Assembly (NCBI GenBank): GCA_929200395.1
Contig: CAKMZJ010000022.1
Location: 1-24,000 of the forward strand
Direction of reading: 5' to 3'
Length of the DNA: 24,000 bases
Source: an uncultured Gammaproteobacteria bacterium
GTDB taxonomy: Bacteria > Pseudomonadota > Gammaproteobacteria > Pseudomonadales > Endozoicomonadaceae
In this document: positions 1-7,591 of the stretch, one piece after another
Layout: each line of letters begins with the position of its first letter
Position numbering within the stretch: position 1 is the stretch's first letter
Made by a program: the position numbers and the translations under genes
The notes under the pieces: generated by a model
What the model saw: only the letters and a program-made list of their open reading frames with translations
What the model was told of the DNA's origin: nothing
Databases searched by the model: none

Positions 1-68
1 AATGTTAGGGTTATCAAATATTTTACTATATATTCCTTATGCCTAAATAAGAGGTATATACACGTGGC

Positions 69-99
69 AGTTGGAAATGCGGGTTTTCAGCAAGTGATT
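69..99 (+). repeat. Copy A of a short dispersed intergenic motif
   Basis: See 17207-17237 (26/31 identical) and 11342-11367 (inverted copy). It lies in non-coding DNA at the left edge of the window. Confidence 0.6.
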
Positions 100-316
100 A
101 TAAGTTTTTAGCCAAGGCAGTGTTAGTGTCGACTAAATCAAGAAATACTAACGCAGGATAAAAGCTTAGAAGCCTTGCCCTATGGGGGCTATTAAAAAGA
201 TTTACTTCATCGTTAAAACACTTTGAAATGCACTTGCATTCCTGCAGTATTTTGCCTCGAATTAAACCATTTTACTTAGCCCAGAAACCTAGCATTTTCA
301 TCTGCCACGCGCATAT

Positions 317-628
317 TTATTCATACACAATTATATCTTTATTTCTCTTTATAGTCCATTCGCCAATATTTTTTACTTCAATTAAATCATCTGCATTTTT
401 AAACTTACCTTTGCTCTTTCGATATGCAACAATCTCTTGAGCTGTAATTTCCCCTACGCCGTTCAAGTTAGTACTTAGCTCTTCTGCAGAAGCCGTATTG
501 ACATTAACTTTCGACATGGGTTCTTGCATGTTTTTTCCCATGGTATCCATCATTTTTTCTTCGGCAATAACATTAATATGATAGATTCCAGAAATTAGAA
601 TTAAAACAGTTAATAATCTTTTTATCAT
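317..628 (-). CDS. comEA: ComEA-family helix-hairpin-helix DNA-binding protein (small, secreted or periplasmic)
   Basis: 103-aa ORF. The N-terminus has a hydrophobic signal-like segment (MIKRLLTVLILISGIY). The C-terminal VNVNTASAEEL...GVGEITAQEIVAYRKSKGKFKNADDLIEVKNIG is the typical ComEA HhH repeat region. A GAGGT Shine-Dalgarno lies ~9 nt upstream of the ATG on the minus strand. Confidence 0.8.
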   Translation of the reverse strand: MIKRLLTVLILISGIYHINVIAEEKMMDTMGKNMQEPMSKVNVNTASAEELSTNLNGVGEITAQEIVAYRKSKGKFKNADDLIEVKNIGEWTIKRNKDIIVYE

Positions 629-847
629 TATTTTAACCTCAAACTCAAATTAGTTTATTATTATTTTATTTAATCTAACAATATGCGTGATGCGTGTTTT
701 GGTGTATCTCACCTCCTATTTGATAACTACATTACTTGTTTATTAAAAAAATAGTTGTAATAATAAAAATAAAAGTGTAGCATCTTCGATTGGTTGATAG
801 GCTTCATTAAAAATCGACAAAAAAATTATGTTTTTTAGCAAAAACAT

Positions 848-875
848 TTGTTTTTTATTGAAAACTTGATAGAAT
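848..875 (+). promoter_or_regulatory. Candidate sigma70-type promoter for yibN (TTGTTT, 16-nt spacer, extended -10 TGaTAGAAT)
   Basis: TTGTTT at 848-853 and TG at 867-868 followed by TAGAAT at 870-875, about 120 nt upstream of the yibN ATG. Such matches are common by chance in AT-rich DNA. Confidence 0.25.
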
Positions 876-994
876 ATCGGGCTAATGCTTGTGCAACCTG
901 TTTAAAAGCTAATAAAAATAGCATTTAAAGTATTTTAATTGTAAACCTAAAATTGTAAATTAACATTGAAATGTAGATAAACTAAAGCTAATTT

Positions 995-1411
995 ATGGAA
1001 CAGCTAATAGAATTCAGCCTCAATCACCCATTTTTAATTGGTACTTTAGTATCACTCGTTTTGCTTTTGTTATTTGTAGAAAGCAAACAGTCGGCTGTGG
1101 GAGTTTCTCCCTTAAAGCTAGTGAATATGGTTAATAATGAGTCAGCTATTGTAATAGATATAAGAGAAAAAAAAGAATATCAGAAAGGAAGTATACTAAA
1201 TTCGGTACACATACCCTTTACTAATTTTCAACAGTCAATATCTAAAATATCTCACTATAAAGATACCGCTTTGGTAATAGTAGATTCAGTAGGACATAAC
1301 TCTACTAGTATTTCACAAATATTAAAGAAGAATGGCTTTAAAGATATTTCTCGACTAAAAGGTGGGATCGCTAGCTGGACAGCTGAAAATCTTCCTTTGG
1401 TGAAATCTTAA
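995..1411 (+). CDS. yibN: Membrane-anchored rhodanese-domain protein, YibN-like
   Basis: 138 aa with an N-terminal TM helix (FLIGTLVSLVLLLLFV) followed by a rhodanese fold. The loop reads IVDSVGHNS, with Asp where catalytic rhodaneses have Cys. As I recall the E. coli YibN sequence, it has the same feature (VVDGSG). The C-terminal GGIASWTAENLPLVKS resembles the recalled YibN GVAGWAGENLPLV. The gene sits directly upstream of secB, the conserved yibN-secB neighbourhood. Confidence 0.8.
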   Translation: MEQLIEFSLNHPFLIGTLVSLVLLLLFVESKQSAVGVSPLKLVNMVNNESAIVIDIREKKEYQKGSILNSVHIPFTNFQQSISKISHYKDTALVIVDSVGHNSTSISQILKKNGFKDISRLKGGIASWTAENLPLVKS

Positions 1412-1510
1412 CTTTATTTAAACATAACTATTTGATAAGTATAATATTTAAAATATTTTGACTTTATCAATATCTGTTTATGGTAAATTATTACAAAATT
1501 GGAACCCTTG

Positions 1511-1993
1511 ATGACTACCGAAAGCAAAAAACAAAATAGTTATTTTGCACTTGAGCGCATATATATAAAAGATGCTTCTTTTGAATCTCCAAAATCACCA
1601 GAAGTATTTAAAAAACAGTGGAATCCTGAAGTCAAAGTAGATCTCAGTAACACTAGCAGAAAGCTAGGAGACAACTTATATGAAGCAGTATTATCAATTA
1701 CTGTAACAGTTGTTGAATCTAAAAAAGAAGAACAGCAAGAAGAAGATAAAAGTTCTACTATTTTTGTAACTGAAATTCAACAAGCAGGTATATTTAAAAT
1801 TGAAGGCGTAAATGACGCTAAAATATTAGATCATACTTTATCGGTATTTTGTCTTAATATCTTGTTTCCATATGCTCGTGAAGCTATAGATAACATGGTT
1901 ACTCGTGGTAACTTCCCTCCTCTTATGATAGCACCTATTAATTTTGATTCGCTATATCAAAGTAAAAAGCAAGCAGCTGATAAAGAATCTTAA
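1511..1993 (+). CDS. secB: Protein-export chaperone SecB
   Basis: FALERIYIKDASFESPKSPEVFKKQWNPEVKVDLSNTS closely parallels the SecB N-terminus ([30 protein letters not shown]). The C-terminal PPLMIAPINFDSLY is also SecB-like. The track starts at TTG 1499, but the in-frame ATG at 1511 (MTTESKK) is the more likely start. Confidence 0.9.
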   Translation: MTTESKKQNSYFALERIYIKDASFESPKSPEVFKKQWNPEVKVDLSNTSRKLGDNLYEAVLSITVTVVESKKEEQQEEDKSSTIFVTEIQQAGIFKIEGVNDAKILDHTLSVFCLNILFPYAREAIDNMVTRGNFPPLMIAPINFDSLYQSKKQAADKES

Positions 1994-2088
1994 TATTAGT
2001 TTTTAAAAAACATGTATAGGGTAATGCAGATTACTTTACACTACAGTTGATACTTGGTATACAGTAGCTATATGCCTTATACTTAAGG

Positions 2089-2102
2089 TGTGTATATACA
2101 CA
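2089..2102. promoter_or_regulatory. 14-bp perfect palindrome TGTGTATATACACA in the thiS leader (candidate operator or promoter element)
   Basis: Read directly at 2089-2102, ending 42 nt upstream of the thiS ATG. It shares the GTATATAC core with 54-61 and with the 20-bp palindrome at 20211-20230. Confidence 0.35.
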
Positions 2103-2143
2103 AGTATCTATTCTGTGTTTTAATCTTAGCGAGAAACTAAATT

Positions 2144-2347
2144 ATGGCGCTTATTTCAGTTAACGATAAACCTGTTGATGTAGATCATTACACTAATATA
2201 AAATCATTGTTAAAGAAGCTTAATACTACCATATCTGGAATTGCTATAGCAGTAAATTCAAAATTAATATCGCCTACACAATGGCAAGATACTATTTTAC
2301 AAGATGGCGATAAAGTATTAATCATAACTGCAACCGCAGGTGGGTAA
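2144..2347 (+). CDS. thiS: Sulfur-carrier protein ThiS
   Basis: 67 aa with a ubiquitin-like size, ending in the diagnostic C-terminal Gly-Gly (TATAGG). Located upstream of thiG-thiH. Confidence 0.85.
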   Translation: MALISVNDKPVDVDHYTNIKSLLKKLNTTISGIAIAVNSKLISPTQWQDTILQDGDKVLIITATAGG

Positions 2348-2479
2348 TTTGTTAGCTGCAACAATATAGATCTTGATTTAATCCGGCTATAATGGTAGTT
2401 TTCTTATTGAAAAAACTAAAACTTCTTGCTAAAAAATGTATTTTCAAATTTAAGGTATGCCCTTCTCTAGAGAGTTATC

Positions 2480-3268
2480 ATGTTAAATATAGCAAACATA
2501 GAGTTTTCCTCAAGACTATTTCTTGGTACTGGAAAATTTGCTTCTCATACAACAATGTCTAAAGCAATTAAAGCATCGGCTAGCCAATTAGTCACGGTAG
2601 CATTAAAGCGTTTAGATTTTAATGAAATCAATGAAAATATTCTAGATTATTTACCAATGCACCAAATTAGGTTATTACCTAATACTTCTGGAGCCAAAAC
2701 AGCAGATGAAGCTATATTTGCCGCTCAATTAGCAAGAGAAGCACTAAAAACTAACTTATTAAAATTAGAAATACATCCAGATAACAAATATTTATTACCT
2801 GATCCAATAGAAACCCTTAAAGCCTGTGAAAAATTAGTAAAATTAGGTTTTACTGTACTACCTTATATTCATGCTGACCCTGTTTTATGTAAAAGATTAG
2901 AAGATGTTGGTGCTGCTGCGGTAATGCCTTTAGGATCACCTATTGGTAGTAATTTAGGGTTGCTAACTGAAGATTTTTTAAAGATTATAATTGATCAATC
3001 TAATGTACCTGTTATTGTTGATGCTGGTATCGGAAAACCTTCAGATGCAGCAAAAGCAATGGAATTAGGCGCTGATGCAGTTTTAGTAAATACTGCCATC
3101 GCCATAGCAAAAGATCCAATTGCAATGGCAACAGCTTTTAGAGATGCTGTTATTGCAGGAAGAATAGCATACTTTAATAGTTCAAATATAAACAATGCAG
3201 AATTAACTGCTCAAGCATCTAGCCCAATTACTAGTTTTTTGGATATTCTCGATGACATACCTCAATGA
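2480..3268 (+). CDS. thiG: Thiazole synthase ThiG
   Basis: 262 aa. [41 protein letters not shown] and [31 protein letters not shown] are the conserved ThiG TIM-barrel motifs. Confidence 0.95.
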   Translation: MLNIANIEFSSRLFLGTGKFASHTTMSKAIKASASQLVTVALKRLDFNEINENILDYLPMHQIRLLPNTSGAKTADEAIFAAQLAREALKTNLLKLEIHPDNKYLLPDPIETLKACEKLVKLGFTVLPYIHADPVLCKRLEDVGAAAVMPLGSPIGSNLGLLTEDFLKIIIDQSNVPVIVDAGIGKPSDAAKAMELGADAVLVNTAIAIAKDPIAMATAFRDAVIAGRIAYFNSSNINNAELTAQASSPITSFLDILDDIPQ

Positions 3269-4379
3269 GTTTAATAAAATATCTTGGGATGATATAAAGC
3301 TAGACATAAATGCTACTACTAGGCAACAAGTACTAATTGCTTTAAATAAAAAAAAGCCAGATTTTAACGATTTTTTAGCTTTGCTATCACCTGTAGCAAG
3401 CGATTTTTTAGCTATCATGGTTAATAAAAGCCTAGAAATAACTAGAAAACGCTTTGGTAGCGTAATGCAAATGTTTATTCCTTTATATTTATCGAACAAA
3501 TGCTCTAATATATGTACGTATTGCGGTTATAGTCTTAACAATAAAGTACCAAGAAAGTCGTTGAATATAGAAGAAATAAAACAAGAGGTTGATGCTATAA
3601 AAAAAATGGGATTTGATCATATACTATTAGTAACAGGTGAAGCTGGTAATATAGGGACAGATTACTTTGCTAAAGCATTAGAAGTTATCAAGCCTCATTT
3701 TTCACATATAAGTTTAGAATCACAACCTTTAGCAGAAGCAGAATACGCAAGACTAAAACAATTAGGATTAGACGCAGTTTTTGTTTATCAAGAAAGCTAC
3801 AACCAACATTGTTATAAGTCGTATCACTTATATGGTAAAAAAACTAATTTTAATTACCGCTTAGAAACTCCAGATCGTATAGGCAAATCAGGCGTAGATA
3901 AAATAGGACTCGGATTTTTAATAGGTTTATCTGATCAGTGGCGTACTGAAGCTGCTATTATGGCTAATCATTTAGATTACCTAGAAAAAAGCTATTGGAA
4001 GTGTCGTTACTCAATATCTTTACCTAGACTAAGACCAACTAAAGCTAATCAAACAAGTAATTCCTATATAACAAATAAACAATTGTTACAATTAATTTGT
4101 GCATATAGAATTTATAATAACACTGTTGAAATTTCTCTCTCTACTAGAGAGTCTCCTGAATTACGCGATTTTTTATTGCCTTTAGGGGTAACTTCAATAA
4201 GTGCATGTTCTAAAACCTCACCAGGAGGTTATGCCCAAAATAAAAATGATAAAGCAAATTTAGAGCAGTTTACGATTTCTGATGATCGCTCAATTAACGA
4301 TATTATGCAGTCTATTAAAAAAGCAGGGTTGGATCCAGTAAAAAAAGACTGGGATTATTTTTACACAGCTTCAAATTAA
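3252..4379 (+). CDS. thiH: 2-iminoacetate synthase ThiH (radical SAM)
   Basis: 375 aa with the radical-SAM cluster motif [11 protein letters not shown]. It overlaps the thiG 3' end by 17 nt (translational coupling). Length and context are typical of thiH. Confidence 0.9.
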   Translation: MTYLNEFNKISWDDIKLDINATTRQQVLIALNKKKPDFNDFLALLSPVASDFLAIMVNKSLEITRKRFGSVMQMFIPLYLSNKCSNICTYCGYSLNNKVPRKSLNIEEIKQEVDAIKKMGFDHILLVTGEAGNIGTDYFAKALEVIKPHFSHISLESQPLAEAEYARLKQLGLDAVFVYQESYNQHCYKSYHLYGKKTNFNYRLETPDRIGKSGVDKIGLGFLIGLSDQWRTEAAIMANHLDYLEKSYWKCRYSISLPRLRPTKANQTSNSYITNKQLLQLICAYRIYNNTVEISLSTRESPELRDFLLPLGVTSISACSKTSPGGYAQNKNDKANLEQFTISDDRSINDIMQSIKKAGLDPVKKDWDYFYTASN

Positions 4380-4415
4380 ATTATATCTTGTGAATATGAT
4401 TTTAAAGCATTAGTT

Positions 4416-6302
4416 TTACACTGTCGGACTAAGTTTAAGTTGCCCCTTTATTATACGGTTATTATCTGGGTTTTCAAAATCGTATTCAATTTCAGTGGTA
4501 ACTTCATATGGGCATACATGCCTGAATGCTATGTCATCAGTAATAAAAGTAATTTTTCCAGATAAGCTGGTTTTAATTATTATTTTATCATCGCTTGTTT
4601 TATAAAATGTTATATTAAATTTTCTATCTTCATTTGGTAGTGCAATAGCAGGAGCTTTATGATTGAAGGCATCATTCAATTTTTCCATAACATATGACAT
4701 AGCTAATATTGCGGGAGCTGCGGCGGCAGCTTGGGATTGCTCTTTTAATAGAAAGTTAGTAATTTCTGAATTATCTTTAGCTAGAAACTTTTTAATTTGA
4801 GCGCGTCGGTACTGTACAAGTTCAGTTTTTATTTCTTCTAATTCATGTGATTTATCAGCATATTCTTTAGTACTTTGGTCAAGACTTGTTAGTTCAGCGT
4901 TGCATGTTTTTAGCTTTTTAGTCATTTCTACTGCTTCTAGATCTGAGCTATTCCAAACTGGCTTATTATTTTCAAAGAATTCTATATGTGGATCATATCT
5001 AACTATGTCTACTAGAAAGTCAGAATCTGCTGTTTTTTTGGAACATGTAATTTTATGCAAATGCTCATCAATGAAATTCTTCATATAAAATAAAGAATCA
5101 TTAGCTGTAAAACTTCGTATATCATTACCACCAGCGTTTACTTGAAATTCTATATGATTTTCTAATGCTTTTTCCATCATATTTTTACATTTTTTAGCCT
5201 GTATTTTATCAGCCTCAATAGCACTATTTATTACCATATTAACAAAACTAATTGTATTATTTATAAAAGTTAGCAGATCAGATGGAGTTGGTTCTTTCCT
5301 GCTATTCTTCTTAAAATAATAAATAGATTTATCTATAAACATTTTATTAAAATCTTCTTGAGAGCAAGATGACATTTTTGTTAAAGTGTCAATATCACAA
5401 GCAGATTTAGAATATTTTTTAAAAAAATCATGAAAAGAGTTATCTAGTCGTTTTTGTTCTTTATTGAGTGTGCGGCGCAGATGAGATTTTAAACTACCAA
5501 ACAATCCTTTTTGTTGTGTTTTTTTAGCATTATTTTTATTAGTAACAGCTAAATCTGGTTGTATAGGGGCATATGCCGTGTCACTAGGTAGTTTTTTGTT
5601 TTCAGGTTTTTCTGGGATCTGATCTTCTATAACGGTATTTTTATCTTGATGTTCATATTTTTTAGTCAGTATGCTTTCTGTTTCTGTTTCTATTGTTAAT
5701 TCAGCGTCTCTATTATCTTCAAAGGGGTTGTTATCTTTAAGAGGTATTTCGGTTAGAATAGAGTCATTATCGATTGCAGGTTTCTCTGAAATCTGATCTT
5801 CTATAGCGGTATTTTTATCTTGATGTTCGCCTTCTTCAGTAGTTATATTTTGTGTTTCTGTATCTATTATTATTTCAGTATCTTTATTATCTTTAAAGGG
5901 TTCGCTATCTTCACGAGGTATTTCAGCTACAATATAGTCTTTATCGTTTGTAGGAATTATAGGTATTCTTTGCTTTAGTTTAGCTAGTGGCAGAAATTTA
6001 GAAAGGATATATGCAAAAAAAGAATCTATTTTATCACAAATATAGCTAAATACTGAAACTACAGCTTCTACACATAATTTTAAAATACCATGAAGCTTGT
6101 TTATAATTGAAGCGGATTTAATGTCTCTTTCACTAAGGTGTGTTTGTTCACTAGCGGTATCTTCCCTATTAACAGTAGGAATTCTTTTTATGGTATTATT
6201 TTTATTATCAAGGTTGGTTTTTTCTTCAGTAGCTACTTTATCAAATTCATTGTTTAGTGTTTTTCCTAGGTTTGACCTAGAGCTAGGTTTTTGTACAGCC
6301 AT
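4416..6302 (-). CDS. Large orphan protein (effector-like) with a hydrophobic segment, two acidic 58-aa tandem repeats and an unassigned C-terminal domain
   Basis: 628-aa uninterrupted ORF in DNA where stop codons are frequent. A strong AAGGAG lies 6 nt upstream of the ATG. Residues ~70-106 are hydrophobic (ILKLCVEAVVSVFSYICDKIDSFFAYILSKFLPLA). I recognise no family. Confidence 0.75.
   Translation of the reverse strand: MAVQKPSSRSNLGKTLNNEFDKVATEEKTNLDNKNNTIKRIPTVNREDTASEQTHLSERDIKSASIINKLHGILKLCVEAVVSVFSYICDKIDSFFAYILSKFLPLAKLKQRIPIIPTNDKDYIVAEIPREDSEPFKDNKDTEIIIDTETQNITTEEGEHQDKNTAIEDQISEKPAIDNDSILTEIPLKDNNPFEDNRDAELTIETETESILTKKYEHQDKNTVIEDQIPEKPENKKLPSDTAYAPIQPDLAVTNKNNAKKTQQKGLFGSLKSHLRRTLNKEQKRLDNSFHDFFKKYSKSACDIDTLTKMSSCSQEDFNKMFIDKSIYYFKKNSRKEPTPSDLLTFINNTISFVNMVINSAIEADKIQAKKCKNMMEKALENHIEFQVNAGGNDIRSFTANDSLFYMKNFIDEHLHKITCSKKTADSDFLVDIVRYDPHIEFFENNKPVWNSSDLEAVEMTKKLKTCNAELTSLDQSTKEYADKSHELEEIKTELVQYRRAQIKKFLAKDNSEITNFLLKEQSQAAAAAPAILAMSYVMEKLNDAFNHKAPAIALPNEDRKFNITFYKTSDDKIIIKTSLSGKITFITDDIAFRHVCPYEVTTEIEYDFENPDNNRIIKGQLKLSPTV
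5592..5939 (-). repeat. Two tandem in-frame 174-bp (58-aa) acidic repeats inside the 628-aa ORF
   Basis: Residues 122-179 (DYIVAEIPREDSEPFKDNKDTEIIIDTETQNITTEEGEHQDKNTAIEDQISEKPAIDN) align with residues 180-237 (DSILTEIPLKDNNPFEDNRDAELTIETETESILTKKYEHQDKNTVIEDQIPEKPENKK). By hand alignment 33 of 58 positions are identical with no gaps. Confidence 0.9.
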
Positions 6303-6451
6303 ATCACACTCCTTGTTTAAATGCTTTCATGAGATATTTAAACTATGGCATTTTGTATTTTAATCTGCGAGTCTGGTATTATATTTTATTGAGGTAATAA
6401 CTTGACACTTATAACAACATAATAGCATTTTTCTACTAAATAATCAATAAC

Positions 6452-7462
6452 TCATAATAAGCTTTTAAATAGCTTTTCTCTTACACTTTTACGAAATTTT
6501 CTTGGGGTTAATTGGCACTCTCTTTTAAATAATTTAGAAAAATAAACAGAATCTAAATATCCAACAGCTTGTGATATTTCAGCTATTGTTAAATTAGTGT
6601 TTTTGAGTAAGTCTCTGGCTTGATCAAGCCGTACTCCAAGTATATAGCGCTTTGGTGAGCATCCTGTAGCTACCTTAAATCTCCTATTTAAAGTTCTTAA
6701 TTCCATTTTACTTTTTGCACATAAAGCTTCGGTGGTTATGTTATTATTGTAATTTTCATGTATCCAGCTTTGCAGGCTAGCTATAGATTCATCTGTATGC
6801 ACGGAATTAGCTTCTACCGAGAAATAAATCTCATTAAAGGATCTTCGTATCTCATGAGAAAACTGTTGTTCTATTTTTGATGCTATACTTCTACCATAGG
6901 ATCTTTCAATTAAATGGACAATTAAATCAGCAACCGAGTTAACGCTGCCGACACAATATAGATTGTCTGCTTGAGTGATTAAATGATTGGGTTTAAAATT
7001 TATACTAGGATAGGTATGCTGTAGTTTATTTAAATAATACCAATGAGTAGTTGCTGGTTTACCATTTAATAATCCAGCTTCAGCAAGAAAAACTACCCCA
7101 GTTCCCGATGCAACTATAGTTGCTCCATTATGATATTGATTTTTAACCCAATTTATTACCTCAGGATTTTTCTTCATTATAACAAGTGGATTTCGCCACA
7201 AGGCAGGTATTAATATAAGATTAGTAGTTTTACTATTCGTAAATATGGAATCAGGGGTTAGTTTTAGAATACCTAAAGTGCTAACTTCTTTAGTGTCTTT
7301 AGAATAAAAATTTACTGATATTGAGCTATTTTCTGTTTCTGAAAACTTCAGGCGAAAATAGCTATTAGCAGCTTTAATCATCTCAAGGGGTAAGCTAATA
7401 CTGGTAAGTATCATGTTGTTAATTAATGGAATAGATATCTGATTAAATAAGTATTTGCTCAT
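6452..7462 (-). CDS. GlxA-family transcriptional regulator (DJ-1/PfpI-like N-terminal domain plus AraC-type HTH)
   Basis: 336 aa. The N-terminal half has a DJ-1/GATase1-like pattern (IVASGTGVVFLAEAGLLNGKPATTHW). The C-terminal ~100 aa is a double AraC HTH (ITTEALCAKSKMELRTLNRRFK...IAEISQAVGYLDSVYFSKLFKRECQLTPRKFR). Confidence 0.85.
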   Translation of the reverse strand: MSKYLFNQISIPLINNMILTSISLPLEMIKAANSYFRLKFSETENSSISVNFYSKDTKEVSTLGILKLTPDSIFTNSKTTNLILIPALWRNPLVIMKKNPEVINWVKNQYHNGATIVASGTGVVFLAEAGLLNGKPATTHWYYLNKLQHTYPSINFKPNHLITQADNLYCVGSVNSVADLIVHLIERSYGRSIASKIEQQFSHEIRRSFNEIYFSVEANSVHTDESIASLQSWIHENYNNNITTEALCAKSKMELRTLNRRFKVATGCSPKRYILGVRLDQARDLLKNTNLTIAEISQAVGYLDSVYFSKLFKRECQLTPRKFRKSVREKLFKSLL

Positions 7463-7591
7463 ATTGTTTAATCGCTGTCTTTAATGTTTGGTTTTGTGTC
7501 TTTTTTGTCATGCTTTTTTTTCGTATAAAAGTATATAGTAGAGGGTGTATATAATATAGCAACTAATTCATTAACAAAAGGAGATCTTCTG

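Noticed and set aside
1-316. tRNA, tmRNA or other structured RNA, or a truncated gene, at the left edge (36-codon open frame 1-108)
   Set aside because: I could not find a T-arm (GGTTCGAATCC-like) or acceptor pairing. A 36-codon open frame is within chance expectation here. The region is better described as a patchwork of short repeats.
228-440. 70-aa plus-strand ORF from the track
   Set aside because: It lies antisense to and largely inside the well-supported comEA-like gene. Its composition is low-complexity and hydrophobic, typical of shadow ORFs in AT-rich DNA.
937-965. AATTGTAAA direct repeats (937-965), and similar TGTAAATTT repeats at ~18441-18470, as regulator sites
   Set aside because: These are short AT-only words that are expected to recur by chance in this composition. 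There is no consistent spacing or position relative to starts.
995-1411. Rhodanese domain with Asp in place of the catalytic Cys, considered as a novelty
   Set aside because: As I recall the E. coli YibN sequence, it has the same substitution at this position, so this is a family trait and not a new observation.
2348-2479. Possible TPP riboswitch or RNA element in the 130-bp thiS-thiG spacer (…GATTTAATCCGGCTATAATGG…)
   Set aside because: It resembles the CCUGAUCUGGAUAAUGCCAGCG helix only superficially. There is no CUGAGA box and no convincing pairing.
2995-3499. Minus-strand ORFs 2995-3195 and 3203-3499
   Set aside because: They are antisense shadows within thiG and thiH, which have unmistakable conserved motifs on the plus strand.
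4900-6363. Plus-strand ORFs 4900-5088 and 6097-6363
   Set aside because: They are antisense to the 628-aa ORF, which has a strong AAGGAG RBS. They have no RBS or motif support.
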